From NCBI GenBank assembly GCA_964345775.1, contig CAYFSO010000003.1:10859-74858 (forward strand): a DNA stretch of 64,000 bases, in the 5' to 3' direction. A program made the position numbers and the translations under genes. How positions within the stretch are numbered: the first letter of the stretch is position 1; each line of letters opens with the position of its first letter. The notes below the pieces were generated by a model that did no database searches, had not been told where the DNA came from, and worked only from the letters and a program-made list of their open reading frames with translations. Below are positions 56,280-64,000 of the stretch, piece by piece. This DNA comes from an uncultured Leptospiraceae bacterium (GTDB lineage Bacteria; Spirochaetota; UBA4802; UB4802).

Positions 56280-58157
56280 CTATCCCAGCATCACCTCCAG
56301 GTCTTTAAGGCTGAACGGTTTCAGCAGTATATGCAGGTTGTCATCAGAAGCAAAATCCTCCAGTATCGACCGGGTATCGGCCCCTGAAATGAGTATAACC
56401 GGTATATTGCTCTTGTGTTTCCGTATGGTATGAAGCACTTCTTTTCCACTTACATCTGGAATGACCAGGTCAAGAAAGATGAGATCGAATGAAAGGTAGT
56501 CGTTCTTTACCATCTCGATGCCCGCCCTGCCGCTTGAGGTGGTCTGCACGTAACATCCCCCGTCTTCCAGGAACGTTTTCAGCATGGAAGTGGTTTCCTC
56601 GCTGTCATCAATGATCAATACGCGGCTGTATGATATACTCCGCTCGCTGAACCCACTGGGTGGCTCGGCAGCGGGCAGCATGGCTACTGCGGATGTTCCA
56701 TTGCCGGGTTTGCTGTTCAGCGAGAGGTTCCCGTCGTGCCTTTTCAGGTGACCGTAGGCAATTGCCAGCCCCATTCCCGCGTGCCTGTTTGCTTCTTTTG
56801 TGGTGAAATACGGTTCAAAAGCGTGCGAGATGGTGTCCTCGTCCATACCTGAACCTGTATCGGTTATAGTGACCTGCACGTACTGTTTTGCAGTGGAATC
56901 CACCATCTCATGCTGAAGTTCTGATGCATCAACATGGGTAATATCTATGGTTATGGAACCCTTCTCGCTAATAGACTCAGCTGCATTTCGGAGCAGCTCA
57001 ATAAAAACCTGGCGTAACTGGCCGGTATCAGCGAATACCATGAACCGGGACGGCTCAACTTTCTTGTGTATGGTAATATGCTTGTTTATGCCGGGAGTGG
57101 CTCCGAGTGCAAACATTATGGGTCCCTGCATGTCAATGTACGAAGGATTATACACCTGTCCCCTGGCAAATCCAAGAAGCTGATTGGTGAGGGTTGCGGC
57201 CTTCGTGGAGGCTGCGTGGATCTTTTCCACGAAGTGAAAATTCGGATCCTGCTGGTCGATCTTTCTAAGGAGTATCTCTGAAAATCCGGAAATCCCTGCC
57301 AGGATGTTGTTGAATTCATGTGCGACCCCGCGGGCAAGTCTTCCTATGCTCTCAAGTTTCCTGGCCTCAACGTATTCGTTCTCTCTTTTGCGCTTTTCCG
57401 TCACGTCTTCCAGCATGATGATAAGGCCGGTTGGTGTAACCGATTCGCCCATATAGGGGAAGGCTTTACCTGAAAGGATAAAGGTCCTGTCTACTTTGTC
57501 ATTTTCTACTGAATACTGAAAAGGTGGTATCTCCATTACCCTGCCTTTCAGAACTTCTTTCAGGAGAATGTCGATCCCCTCCGATCTAACCTGTGAATCA
57601 TCCCAGAGGTTGAACTGGTTAGTGTCTTCTTCGGTGAGTTTCAGTATGTGCTTGAATGACCGGTTTGCCCGCTTGATTGATCCCTCGGTATTGAAATGGA
57701 TTATGGCATACGGGGCGTAAAGAAAAAGATTTTCCGAGAAGAAAAAGGACTGCATCATTTCTTCTTCAAGTTTTTTCCTTTCTGTGATATCCCTTAAGAT
57801 TGTTTGTATTCGAACGGTCTTCCCTTCATCGTCCTTTATGTATATATTATTACTTTCAATCCAGAGGGTCTCGTTATGGGGTTTCTGTATCTTAAAGGTA
57901 ATAGAGGGGTACAGAATGCCTTCTGATATGTCCCTCCACCTGGACATAACCTTTTTTCTGTAATCCTCGGGGATGTTCCTGCCAATCTGCTTTATATTCG
58001 TAACATTCTTTTCGGATAATCCGAATGCCTGGAGCGCGGCGGAATTAATATAATTAATATCTCCTGATGGATACTCCAAGGAAAGTATGAGATCGGGAAT
58101 ATTCTCTACGAGTTCCGCGAGTTCTTCCGGGGTTAGATCTGGTGTTTTCTGTCCCAT
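56280..58157 (-). CDS. PAS-domain hybrid sensor histidine kinase with C-terminal receiver domain
   Basis: Two PAS-like regions, H-box HEFNNILAGISGFSEIL, HATPase G-boxes, REC (LIIDDSEE...LDLVIPD). Confidence 0.88.
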   Translation of the reverse strand: MGQKTPDLTPEELAELVENIPDLILSLEYPSGDINYINSAALQAFGLSEKNVTNIKQIGRNIPEDYRKKVMSRWRDISEGILYPSITFKIQKPHNETLWIESNNIYIKDDEGKTVRIQTILRDITERKKLEEEMMQSFFFSENLFLYAPYAIIHFNTEGSIKRANRSFKHILKLTEEDTNQFNLWDDSQVRSEGIDILLKEVLKGRVMEIPPFQYSVENDKVDRTFILSGKAFPYMGESVTPTGLIIMLEDVTEKRKRENEYVEARKLESIGRLARGVAHEFNNILAGISGFSEILLRKIDQQDPNFHFVEKIHAASTKAATLTNQLLGFARGQVYNPSYIDMQGPIMFALGATPGINKHITIHKKVEPSRFMVFADTGQLRQVFIELLRNAAESISEKGSITIDITHVDASELQHEMVDSTAKQYVQVTITDTGSGMDEDTISHAFEPYFTTKEANRHAGMGLAIAYGHLKRHDGNLSLNSKPGNGTSAVAMLPAAEPPSGFSERSISYSRVLIIDDSEETTSMLKTFLEDGGCYVQTTSSGRAGIEMVKNDYLSFDLIFLDLVIPDVSGKEVLHTIRKHKSNIPVILISGADTRSILEDFASDDNLHILLKPFSLKDLEVMLG

Positions 58158-58437
58158 TACAGGTTATGATCGTAATATTTTTGGATGAAAATGCACAATA
58201 AATGTAGAATATATAATACACTATGTCAATTTTTTATTTGCATTTGACATTAAAATTGACATTTTTCATGGCGTGCCCTACAAGGGAACGGATAATTTCA
58301 CAAAGTGAATTTGTTTCCTGGTATGCCTGGTAGAAAGTAGAACTATGAACAACGATGATCTTGTTGAATTAGTACTTGACGTTGTTATTATTGATATGTC
58401 CAGTAATCGTAATACCAATTGCTTTTCAGGTGAGAAA

Positions 58438-59475
58438 ATGGTGAACGAGAAGAAAACCGAAAACGATACAGGTAATGGCAAAAAAAGCTGGGTGCAGAGT
58501 ATTACGTTTAAGGTGCTCCTTGCCCTTTTTGTGGGTTTTTCCCTTTATATGCTGGTTTCAGCCGTTGTGGTGGTTGTATTGACCAAGCCCGAAAAACAGG
58601 TCCGTGTACCTGAGGTTGTGGGAAGACAGTTTATCGATGTATATAACAGCTTGAACCGGAAGGGACTTAATCCGGAGATACGTTTTTATGACGTGTTTGA
58701 TATTGACAACGGCCTGGTGCTGGAGCAGTATCCTGAAAGTGGTAATATTGTATCTGATGGAAGTTCCATCCGCCTGCTTGTAAGCAGAAGCAGTTTAAAG
58801 ATGGAAACCCCAAACCTTGTTGGCATCGAGTTGCATTTTGCTCTTAACAAGTTGAAAAATTTACATATCCACGATAAAACTATTACCCTTAATTCCGGAG
58901 TAGTGTCCTATCTCCCTTCAGACAAAACGCCGGATAATATTGTTATTGCGCAAAATCCGAAGGCGGGTGAACGGATATCGCCGGAAAGGAAGATAAACCT
59001 GCTGGTTTCTGCAGGGAAGACTGGAGCTGATGCCAGGATGCCTGAATGTGCCGGCCAGTCAATTGACCTGGCTTTTGACCTGCTTATGGCAAAGAACGTG
59101 GAAATAGTTGAAAACCTGGTAACGACGGGCTTGAAGGAAAAGAGCGGGCTGATTCTGTCCCAGTCACCACGTGCAGACACCAGGATCAAGAAAGGGCAGG
59201 CCGTGGTTCTCAAGGTGTACTATTATCCACTGCGGAATCATCCCTACAGGGCATTCGAAAAGATCGAATATACCATCCCTGCTGATGAAGAAGGTGGACT
59301 GTACGAAGCATATGTTGAGGACAACCATTCCAAACGGCTTCGTTATTCACGTACCATGAAGCCCGGAAATAAATTCGAGTTCATTTTTCACAGGACGGGG
59401 AACGCGAAAGTCACCCTTCTCAGGGATAAAAAACAGGTAAAGGTGTTTACTGTTAATGTGGAAGAATTTGAATAA
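58438..59475 (+). CDS. membrane-anchored PASTA-repeat protein
   Basis: TM helix then three PASTA-like units (VPEVVGRQ..., TPNLVGIEL..., MPECAGQS...); start taken at MVNEKK. Confidence 0.65.
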   Translation: MVNEKKTENDTGNGKKSWVQSITFKVLLALFVGFSLYMLVSAVVVVVLTKPEKQVRVPEVVGRQFIDVYNSLNRKGLNPEIRFYDVFDIDNGLVLEQYPESGNIVSDGSSIRLLVSRSSLKMETPNLVGIELHFALNKLKNLHIHDKTITLNSGVVSYLPSDKTPDNIVIAQNPKAGERISPERKINLLVSAGKTGADARMPECAGQSIDLAFDLLMAKNVEIVENLVTTGLKEKSGLILSQSPRADTRIKKGQAVVLKVYYYPLRNHPYRAFEKIEYTIPADEEGGLYEAYVEDNHSKRLRYSRTMKPGNKFEFIFHRTGNAKVTLLRDKKQVKVFTVNVEEFE

Positions 59476-59482
59476 TCATATA

Positions 59483-60154
59483 ATGGTGTCTCCATCGGTT
59501 ATTGCCACGGACATGAGTACCCTTGGGAATGATTTGGGAACCATGGACCCGGGGATCGTTGACTGGCTGCATATGGATGTGATGGACGGGCATTTCGTTC
59601 CCAACCTGACCTTTGGTCCTGCGTACGTGAAAAATGTAAAACAGCATTCGTCCATTCCACTGGACGTGCACCTGATGATCGAACGTCCTGAAGATTCAAT
59701 TGATTCATATATTGACATTAAGCCGGAATGTATTACCATACATTATGAGAGCACCCGTTTCCCGGTCCGTCTTTTGCAGAAGATCCGGGAAGAAGGTATA
59801 CTCGCCGGCATCAGCCTGAATCCGGCAACCCCCGTTGAGGTATTGTATGATATCATGGAGTATGCTGACATGGTACTTATAATGGCAGTTGATCCCGGCT
59901 TTTACGGGCAAAAGTTCATGAAGATGACACTTGGAAAGATTGACAGGCTGTACCAGTTTATTATACAAGAGGGACTGGATGAGCATACCATGATACAGGT
60001 TGATGGTGGTATTACCGCTGACAACGTGGCGGAAGTGGTAAGAGCGGGTGCACGGATCATCGTTGCCGGCAGTGCCGCGTTCAGGGATGGTAACGTGAAC
60101 AAGAATGTACAGGCAATAAAGGATGCGGCATTACCGGGATTTAAGGTAGTGTAA
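59483..60154 (+). CDS. rpe: ribulose-phosphate 3-epimerase
   Basis: WLHMDVMDGHFVPNLTFGP motif; start at MVSPSVIATD. Confidence 0.9.
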   Translation: MVSPSVIATDMSTLGNDLGTMDPGIVDWLHMDVMDGHFVPNLTFGPAYVKNVKQHSSIPLDVHLMIERPEDSIDSYIDIKPECITIHYESTRFPVRLLQKIREEGILAGISLNPATPVEVLYDIMEYADMVLIMAVDPGFYGQKFMKMTLGKIDRLYQFIIQEGLDEHTMIQVDGGITADNVAEVVRAGARIIVAGSAAFRDGNVNKNVQAIKDAALPGFKVV

Positions 60155-60178
60155 TTTTAAATGGCATGCTTATTAATA

Positions 60179-60207
60179 TTGACAAAAAAAGCAGGTATTT
60201 AATAATC
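60179..60207 (+). promoter_or_regulatory. putative sigma70 promoter of rpsP-rimM-trmD-rplS operon (TTGACA ... AATAAT)
   Basis: Consensus -35 TTGACA about 55 nt upstream of GTG start of rpsP. Confidence 0.4.
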
Positions 60208-60237
60208 ATCCTCTAATTATGACAGGAGGTAGTTGCA

Positions 60238-60498
60238 GTGGCGGTTAAGATTCGATTACAGCGAGTAGGGACAAAAAAGAAGCCCTTCTACAGAGTGGTA
60301 GCAATGGACAGTCGTGAAAGACGAGACGGAGTTGTCATCGACACCCTGGGACAGTATCACCCGATCGCAGCGGAAAACCAGTTCAACATTGACGAGGAGA
60401 AAGTTCTTGAATGGTTGAACAAGGGTGCGCAGCCTTCGGATACGATACGCCAGTTGCTGAAGAGAACGGGTATCTGGAAGAATTACAAAAAGGCATAA
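60238..60498 (+). CDS. rpsP: 30S ribosomal protein S16 (GTG start)
   Basis: VKIRLQRVGTKKKPFYRVVAMDSRERRDG. Confidence 0.92.
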   Translation: MAVKIRLQRVGTKKKPFYRVVAMDSRERRDGVVIDTLGQYHPIAAENQFNIDEEKVLEWLNKGAQPSDTIRQLLKRTGIWKNYKKA

Positions 60499-60513
60499 AT
60501 ATACCCCGCGGAG

Positions 60514-60756
60514 GTGGAGATGAACTATAAGGATCTCGTGGAATACATGGTTAAATCGCTTGTGGATCATCCTGATGAAGTTGAGATACGTGAGATCGAA
60601 GGTGAAAAATCAACCATACTTGAATTGAAGGTAACAAAGGAAGATATCGGCAAGGTTATTGGAAAACACGGGCGTATAGCGCGTGCCATAAGAACAATAA
60701 TTAATGCGTCGGCAACAAAATCAGGGAAAAGGGTTGTACTGGAAATACTTGATTGA
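60514..60756 (+). CDS. KH-domain RNA-binding protein (YlqC-like)
   Basis: KH GXXG loop IGKVIGKHGRIARAIR; conserved position between rpsP and rimM. Confidence 0.8.
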   Translation: MEMNYKDLVEYMVKSLVDHPDEVEIREIEGEKSTILELKVTKEDIGKVIGKHGRIARAIRTIINASATKSGKRVVLEILD

Positions 60757-61289
60757 GCAGTATACAGTTTTTAAGGATCGCGATAATAACGGGCACCCAT
60801 GGTCTTGACGGGCGCCTCAAGGTGCATATAATAACCGATAATACCGGTCGGCTTGACGGATCAATTCCCGTATATGTAAATATCCGTGGTAATTATAAGA
60901 AGTACAGCGTGGGAGAGTTTATTCCCACCAGGCACAGAAGCGGTATCATAAGATTCAGGGAATTGAATGACAGGAAGGCGGCTGAAGCCCTTAACGGTTA
61001 CGAAGTCTTTATCCATGTACAGGAGGCAGAAGCTTCGAGAAATAATCTGGATGAAGACACGTTCTTTTATTATGATATCATAGGGTGCTCTGTCTATTTT
61101 GAAGGAGAGCCCTTTGGCAGTGTTGTTGAAATTATCGAGACCGGGGCCAATGATATACTTGTAATTATGAATGATGATGGCAAAGAGTACATGGTTCCAT
61201 TTGTTGCAGAGATGGTGGATACCTCTGCAATAGGGAAATCACGTATTGATATTTCGCCCGTAGAAGGGCTTTTTGATATACAGGAGTAA
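60753..61289 (+). CDS. rimM: 16S rRNA processing protein RimM
   Basis: N-terminal GTHGLDGRLKV; PRC-barrel C-terminus. Confidence 0.88.
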   Translation: MSSIQFLRIAIITGTHGLDGRLKVHIITDNTGRLDGSIPVYVNIRGNYKKYSVGEFIPTRHRSGIIRFRELNDRKAAEALNGYEVFIHVQEAEASRNNLDEDTFFYYDIIGCSVYFEGEPFGSVVEIIETGANDILVIMNDDGKEYMVPFVAEMVDTSAIGKSRIDISPVEGLFDIQE

Positions 61290-62003
61290 TTGAAAAAATA
61301 CAGGGTCATAACGCTGTTCCCGGAGTTCTTTGAAAGTCCGTTGCGGACGGGACTAATGGGTAAAGCTCTTGAAAAAGGGCTTTTCTCGGTTGAGCTTGTA
61401 CACCTGAGGGATTTTGCCGTTGACGCTTATGGTCATTGCGATGATTATCCATACGGTGGTGGTTCCGGGATGGTGCTCATGCCGGGGCCCCTTATGGATG
61501 CGCTGGATCATCATGCGGGAGATTCAACCGTCATATATCCTTCGCCGGGTGGTAAGGTGCTTACCCAGTCAATGGTAAAGGAACTGGCGGATCTGGAAGA
61601 AGTATGTTTCATATGCGGCCATTACGAGGGTATTGACCAGAGGGTAGTTGATAAATACGTTGACCTCGAAATATCATTGGGAGATTATGTTATATCCGGA
61701 GGTGAGTACGCAGCGCTGGTCATGATGGATGCCATGGGAAGGCAGGTTCCAGGCTTCATGTCGAACCCTGAATCCATAGTTGAAGAAAGCTTTGAAGACC
61801 ACCTGCTGGAGTATCCACAGTATACCAGGCCCAGGGAAATACGGGGTATGGAAGTACCGGATATACTGTTAAGTGGTAACCATGAAAAGATCAGGCAATG
61901 GCGCCTGGAAAAAAGTATAGAGAAAACAAGGCAGGTACGACCTGATATATACAGTAGTTATTGCAAGAGTACAGGAAGAGGAGAAAAAAATGAATGTAAT
62001 TGA
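61290..62003 (+). CDS. trmD: tRNA (guanine37-N1)-methyltransferase
   Basis: ITLFPEFF..., [13 protein letters not shown] trefoil-knot SAM motifs. Confidence 0.93.
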   Translation: MKKYRVITLFPEFFESPLRTGLMGKALEKGLFSVELVHLRDFAVDAYGHCDDYPYGGGSGMVLMPGPLMDALDHHAGDSTVIYPSPGGKVLTQSMVKELADLEEVCFICGHYEGIDQRVVDKYVDLEISLGDYVISGGEYAALVMMDAMGRQVPGFMSNPESIVEESFEDHLLEYPQYTRPREIRGMEVPDILLSGNHEKIRQWRLEKSIEKTRQVRPDIYSSYCKSTGRGEKNECN

Positions 62004-62469
62004 CTCACTTAAAAATGAGATGACCCCGGTAGAGCGGGAAAAGAATTTCGAAGTTGGTGATACCGTAAAGGTTCACTACAAGATCGTTGAAGGGAACAGG
62101 GAGCGAATACAGGTATACGAGGGTATCGTTATTGCCATAGATAATAAGGGTATCAGTACCACCTTTACCGTAAGAAGGATATCATACGATATTGGCGTGG
62201 AAAGAATATTTCCGCTGTACAACCCCAGGATCGACAAAATTGAAGTGGTTCGAAAGGGGAAAAAACGGCGCGCCAAGCTGTATTTCCTCAGGGAAAGAAC
62301 CGGTAAATCTGCCAAGTTGAAAGAGCGTCGATTAGGCGGGGAAAAAAAGCAGAAAGAGACTTCGGCTAAAGAAACGGCAGAGGTGGAAGTACCAGGTGAA
62401 TCTGAACCGGCAGCTGTAGAAGAACCGCAGGTACAGCAAGAAACCGGGGAAGAAACTGTAACCGAGTAA
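61990..62469 (+). CDS. rplS: 50S ribosomal protein L19 with ~45 aa acidic C-terminal extension
   Basis: L19 core [30 protein letters not shown]; tail rich in E/K/T. Confidence 0.9.
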   Translation: MNVIDSLKNEMTPVEREKNFEVGDTVKVHYKIVEGNRERIQVYEGIVIAIDNKGISTTFTVRRISYDIGVERIFPLYNPRIDKIEVVRKGKKRRAKLYFLRERTGKSAKLKERRLGGEKKQKETSAKETAEVEVPGESEPAAVEEPQVQQETGEETVTE

Positions 62470-62474
62470 GCGGT

Positions 62475-63155
62475 GTGACGGGAAAACAGTGGTGCAGACT
62501 GCCTGATTTTTCCATCGAACTACAATGCCGGAATGAAGGGCATGGGACAGTAGGTGGCATTGATGAGGCAGGTCGTGGCGCACTGGCAGGGCCGCTTGCG
62601 GTGGCCCTGGTAATATACCCGCAAGACATGTATGTATCCTGCCATGAAGACCTTGCCTGTATAAACGATTCAAAGAAGATCTCACGCGTTAAACGCCCCC
62701 TTGTTGTTGAAGTTATAAAAAAACATGCACTCTGGTACGATTGCGTGTTTATTCCTCCCGGTGTTATTGATGAGAAAAATATAAACGGGGCTACTGAAAT
62801 AGGGATCCAATCATTGATAAAGAGGGCCGAAAAAGGGCTGGATTATATTATCCTGGATGGCACATTCAGATTCTCCCTGCCCCTCCCATGTCTTTCGGTT
62901 AAGGGTGGCGACGGGGTATCACTAAGCGTGGCATCTGCTTCGGTTATTGCCAAGGTGTCACGGGATGAAATTGTGTCTGCATACGATGAACTCTATCCGG
63001 GATATAAGTTTGGAGACCATATGGGGTATGGTACCCTGGCCCACCGGCGTATACTGAGCCGGCAGGGGCCCAGCCCGGTCCACAGGAAAACGTATGAACC
63101 GGTTGCCAGTATGCTTCAGTACCCGGTTACACTTTTTGATCATGAAGATAAGTAA
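62475..63155 (+). CDS. rnhB: ribonuclease HII
   Basis: GIDEAGRGALAGPLAVA catalytic motif; 226 aa. Confidence 0.92.
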   Translation: MTGKQWCRLPDFSIELQCRNEGHGTVGGIDEAGRGALAGPLAVALVIYPQDMYVSCHEDLACINDSKKISRVKRPLVVEVIKKHALWYDCVFIPPGVIDEKNINGATEIGIQSLIKRAEKGLDYIILDGTFRFSLPLPCLSVKGGDGVSLSVASASVIAKVSRDEIVSAYDELYPGYKFGDHMGYGTLAHRRILSRQGPSPVHRKTYEPVASMLQYPVTLFDHEDK

Positions 63156-64000
63156 AGTAACAGGATTACACGTTAAGACAGGTGCCTCTGGCAGCAGGGA
63201 GAGTACGCTCTCCAGGTTGCAGGTGGGCCAGAAGGTGATGGCTTCTGTGATAAAGAAGCTTGGCCCCACAAGGGCGCTCCTTGACATACGGGGAGGCAGG
63301 ATAGACGCCACGTTCAAGGATGGTGTTCCCGATGTAAACCGGCTCATTCTGAAACTGGAACATGCCTCGGGTGACAGGTACGTGTTCAAGATAGAACATG
63401 GTACGGGCAGAGCAGAGATGCTCAGGAACATGGCGGAATTATCGGTGTTTGGAAAGGATGCCATCTCTGATGGTGTAATACGCTCGCTGGCAGACAGGGC
63501 TTTCTCCATGTCGGGCGGGATGGATACACTGTATATGCTTAACAGGATACTGCATGAATTGATATCCGGTCAAGCCGGTCCGGACAGGACTTTTTCAAGT
63601 TTACTCAATATTTTATTAAAAAAAGGGGTGAGTTCGCGGGATTGCATTATTTTTTCTTTCCTTTTCACAAGGAATACGGGTATATTAACTGAGATGGTAC
63701 AAAGCCTGTTACCCGGTCTTCTCTTCAAAAATGAGAAGGAGGGGAGAAGCAGGTTCAAGCTGGACAGCCACGTGGTTGAGAAAGCTGTTGAGTCCGTATT
63801 CGATGCAGTTAAGGACGATCCGGATGCGAAGGTTCTCACCTCCATGATATATGACCTGCTGGCGGGAAGCGAGAGTGATGGTCCAGGAAGCACCCTGAAG
63901 CATATCCCGGTATATGAGGATGGTATGTTCTCTCCAGCGGGAGTTGTTATGATGGGTGATTCACTGCTTCTTTCACTGGATCTTTCGAAAACCGGACTGG
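63142..64000 (+). CDS. hypothetical protein, N-terminal 286 codons (continues past window end)
   Basis: ATG at 63142 overlapping rnhB stop, then 286 sense codons with no stop to window edge (checked codon by codon); not in ORF track because no stop in window. Confidence 0.5.
   Translation, partial: MKISKVTGLHVKTGASGSRESTLSRLQVGQKVMASVIKKLGPTRALLDIRGGRIDATFKDGVPDVNRLILKLEHASGDRYVFKIEHGTGRAEMLRNMAELSVFGKDAISDGVIRSLADRAFSMSGGMDTLYMLNRILHELISGQAGPDRTFSSLLNILLKKGVSSRDCIIFSFLFTRNTGILTEMVQSLLPGLLFKNEKEGRSRFKLDSHVVEKAVESVFDAVKDDPDAKVLTSMIYDLLAGSESDGPGSTLKHIPVYEDGMFSPAGVVMMGDSLLLSLDLSKTGL

Noticed and set aside
1-64000. Mobile elements / prophage / genomic island
   Set aside because: No transposase, integrase, recombinase, phage structural genes or flanking direct repeats were recognised. 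tRNA-Leu at 33.6 kb is not followed by integrase-like genes.

Overview
This 64 kb window looks like a bacterial chromosomal segment of roughly 47% GC. It is densely packed on both strands and mostly housekeeping. The genes called, in order, fall into three stretches.

Stretch 1 (start to about 24.5 kb):
- an HtrA-type protease whose 5' end lies upstream of the window;
- the rpsF-ssb-rpsR-(DUF2232-like membrane protein)-rplI-dnaB cluster;
- an orphan mlaE permease and pcm;
- a long minus-strand run: a pentaheme cytochrome c, ccmABCDEF, smpB, a MrfA/MrfB-like helicase-exonuclease pair, a SAM methyltransferase and a zinc-ribbon membrane protein;
- a secreted esterase and a DsbA-like gene remnant;
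- a CBS-domain family II pyrophosphatase, a membrane protein and metF.

Stretch 2 (about 24.8 to 44.6 kb):
- a secreted-protein cluster: a FecR-domain protein, a small periplasmic protein, an outer-membrane beta-barrel and two tandem paralogous FlaA-like proteins;
- a 900 aa GreA-like protein and lysA;
- tRNA-Leu(CAG);
- a protein disulfide oxidoreductase plus thioredoxin-reductase-like pair;
- a GntR regulator;
- a fused shikimate kinase-chorismate synthase, ribF and ogt;
- an 883 aa OmpA-family surface protein with FlgD-Ig-like repeats;
- an MpgP/YedP-like HAD phosphatase.

Stretch 3 (about 44.7 kb to the end):
- an ACT/UPF0210 pair;
- a membrane-bound AraC regulator;
- valS;
- a three-gene operon: an SbcD-like phosphoesterase, an SMC/Rad50-like ATPase with an internal transmembrane hairpin, and a TPR protein;
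- a sigma54-dependent response regulator convergent with a PAS hybrid histidine kinase;
- a PASTA protein and rpe;
- rpsP-KH-rimM-trmD-rplS-rnhB;
- an unannotated ORF running off the 3' end.

No CRISPR array, transposase, integrase or prophage signature was seen. Three features point to Spirochaetota as the source organism: the 900 aa GreA, the FlaA-like pair and the rpsF-ssb-rpsR-rplI-dnaB order. This is inference only.

The best candidates for something new are the membrane-anchored SbcCD-like operon, the variant system I cytochrome c maturation locus with its dedicated pentaheme cytochrome, the FlaA-like/FecR/beta-barrel secreted cluster, and the AroK-AroC fusion.
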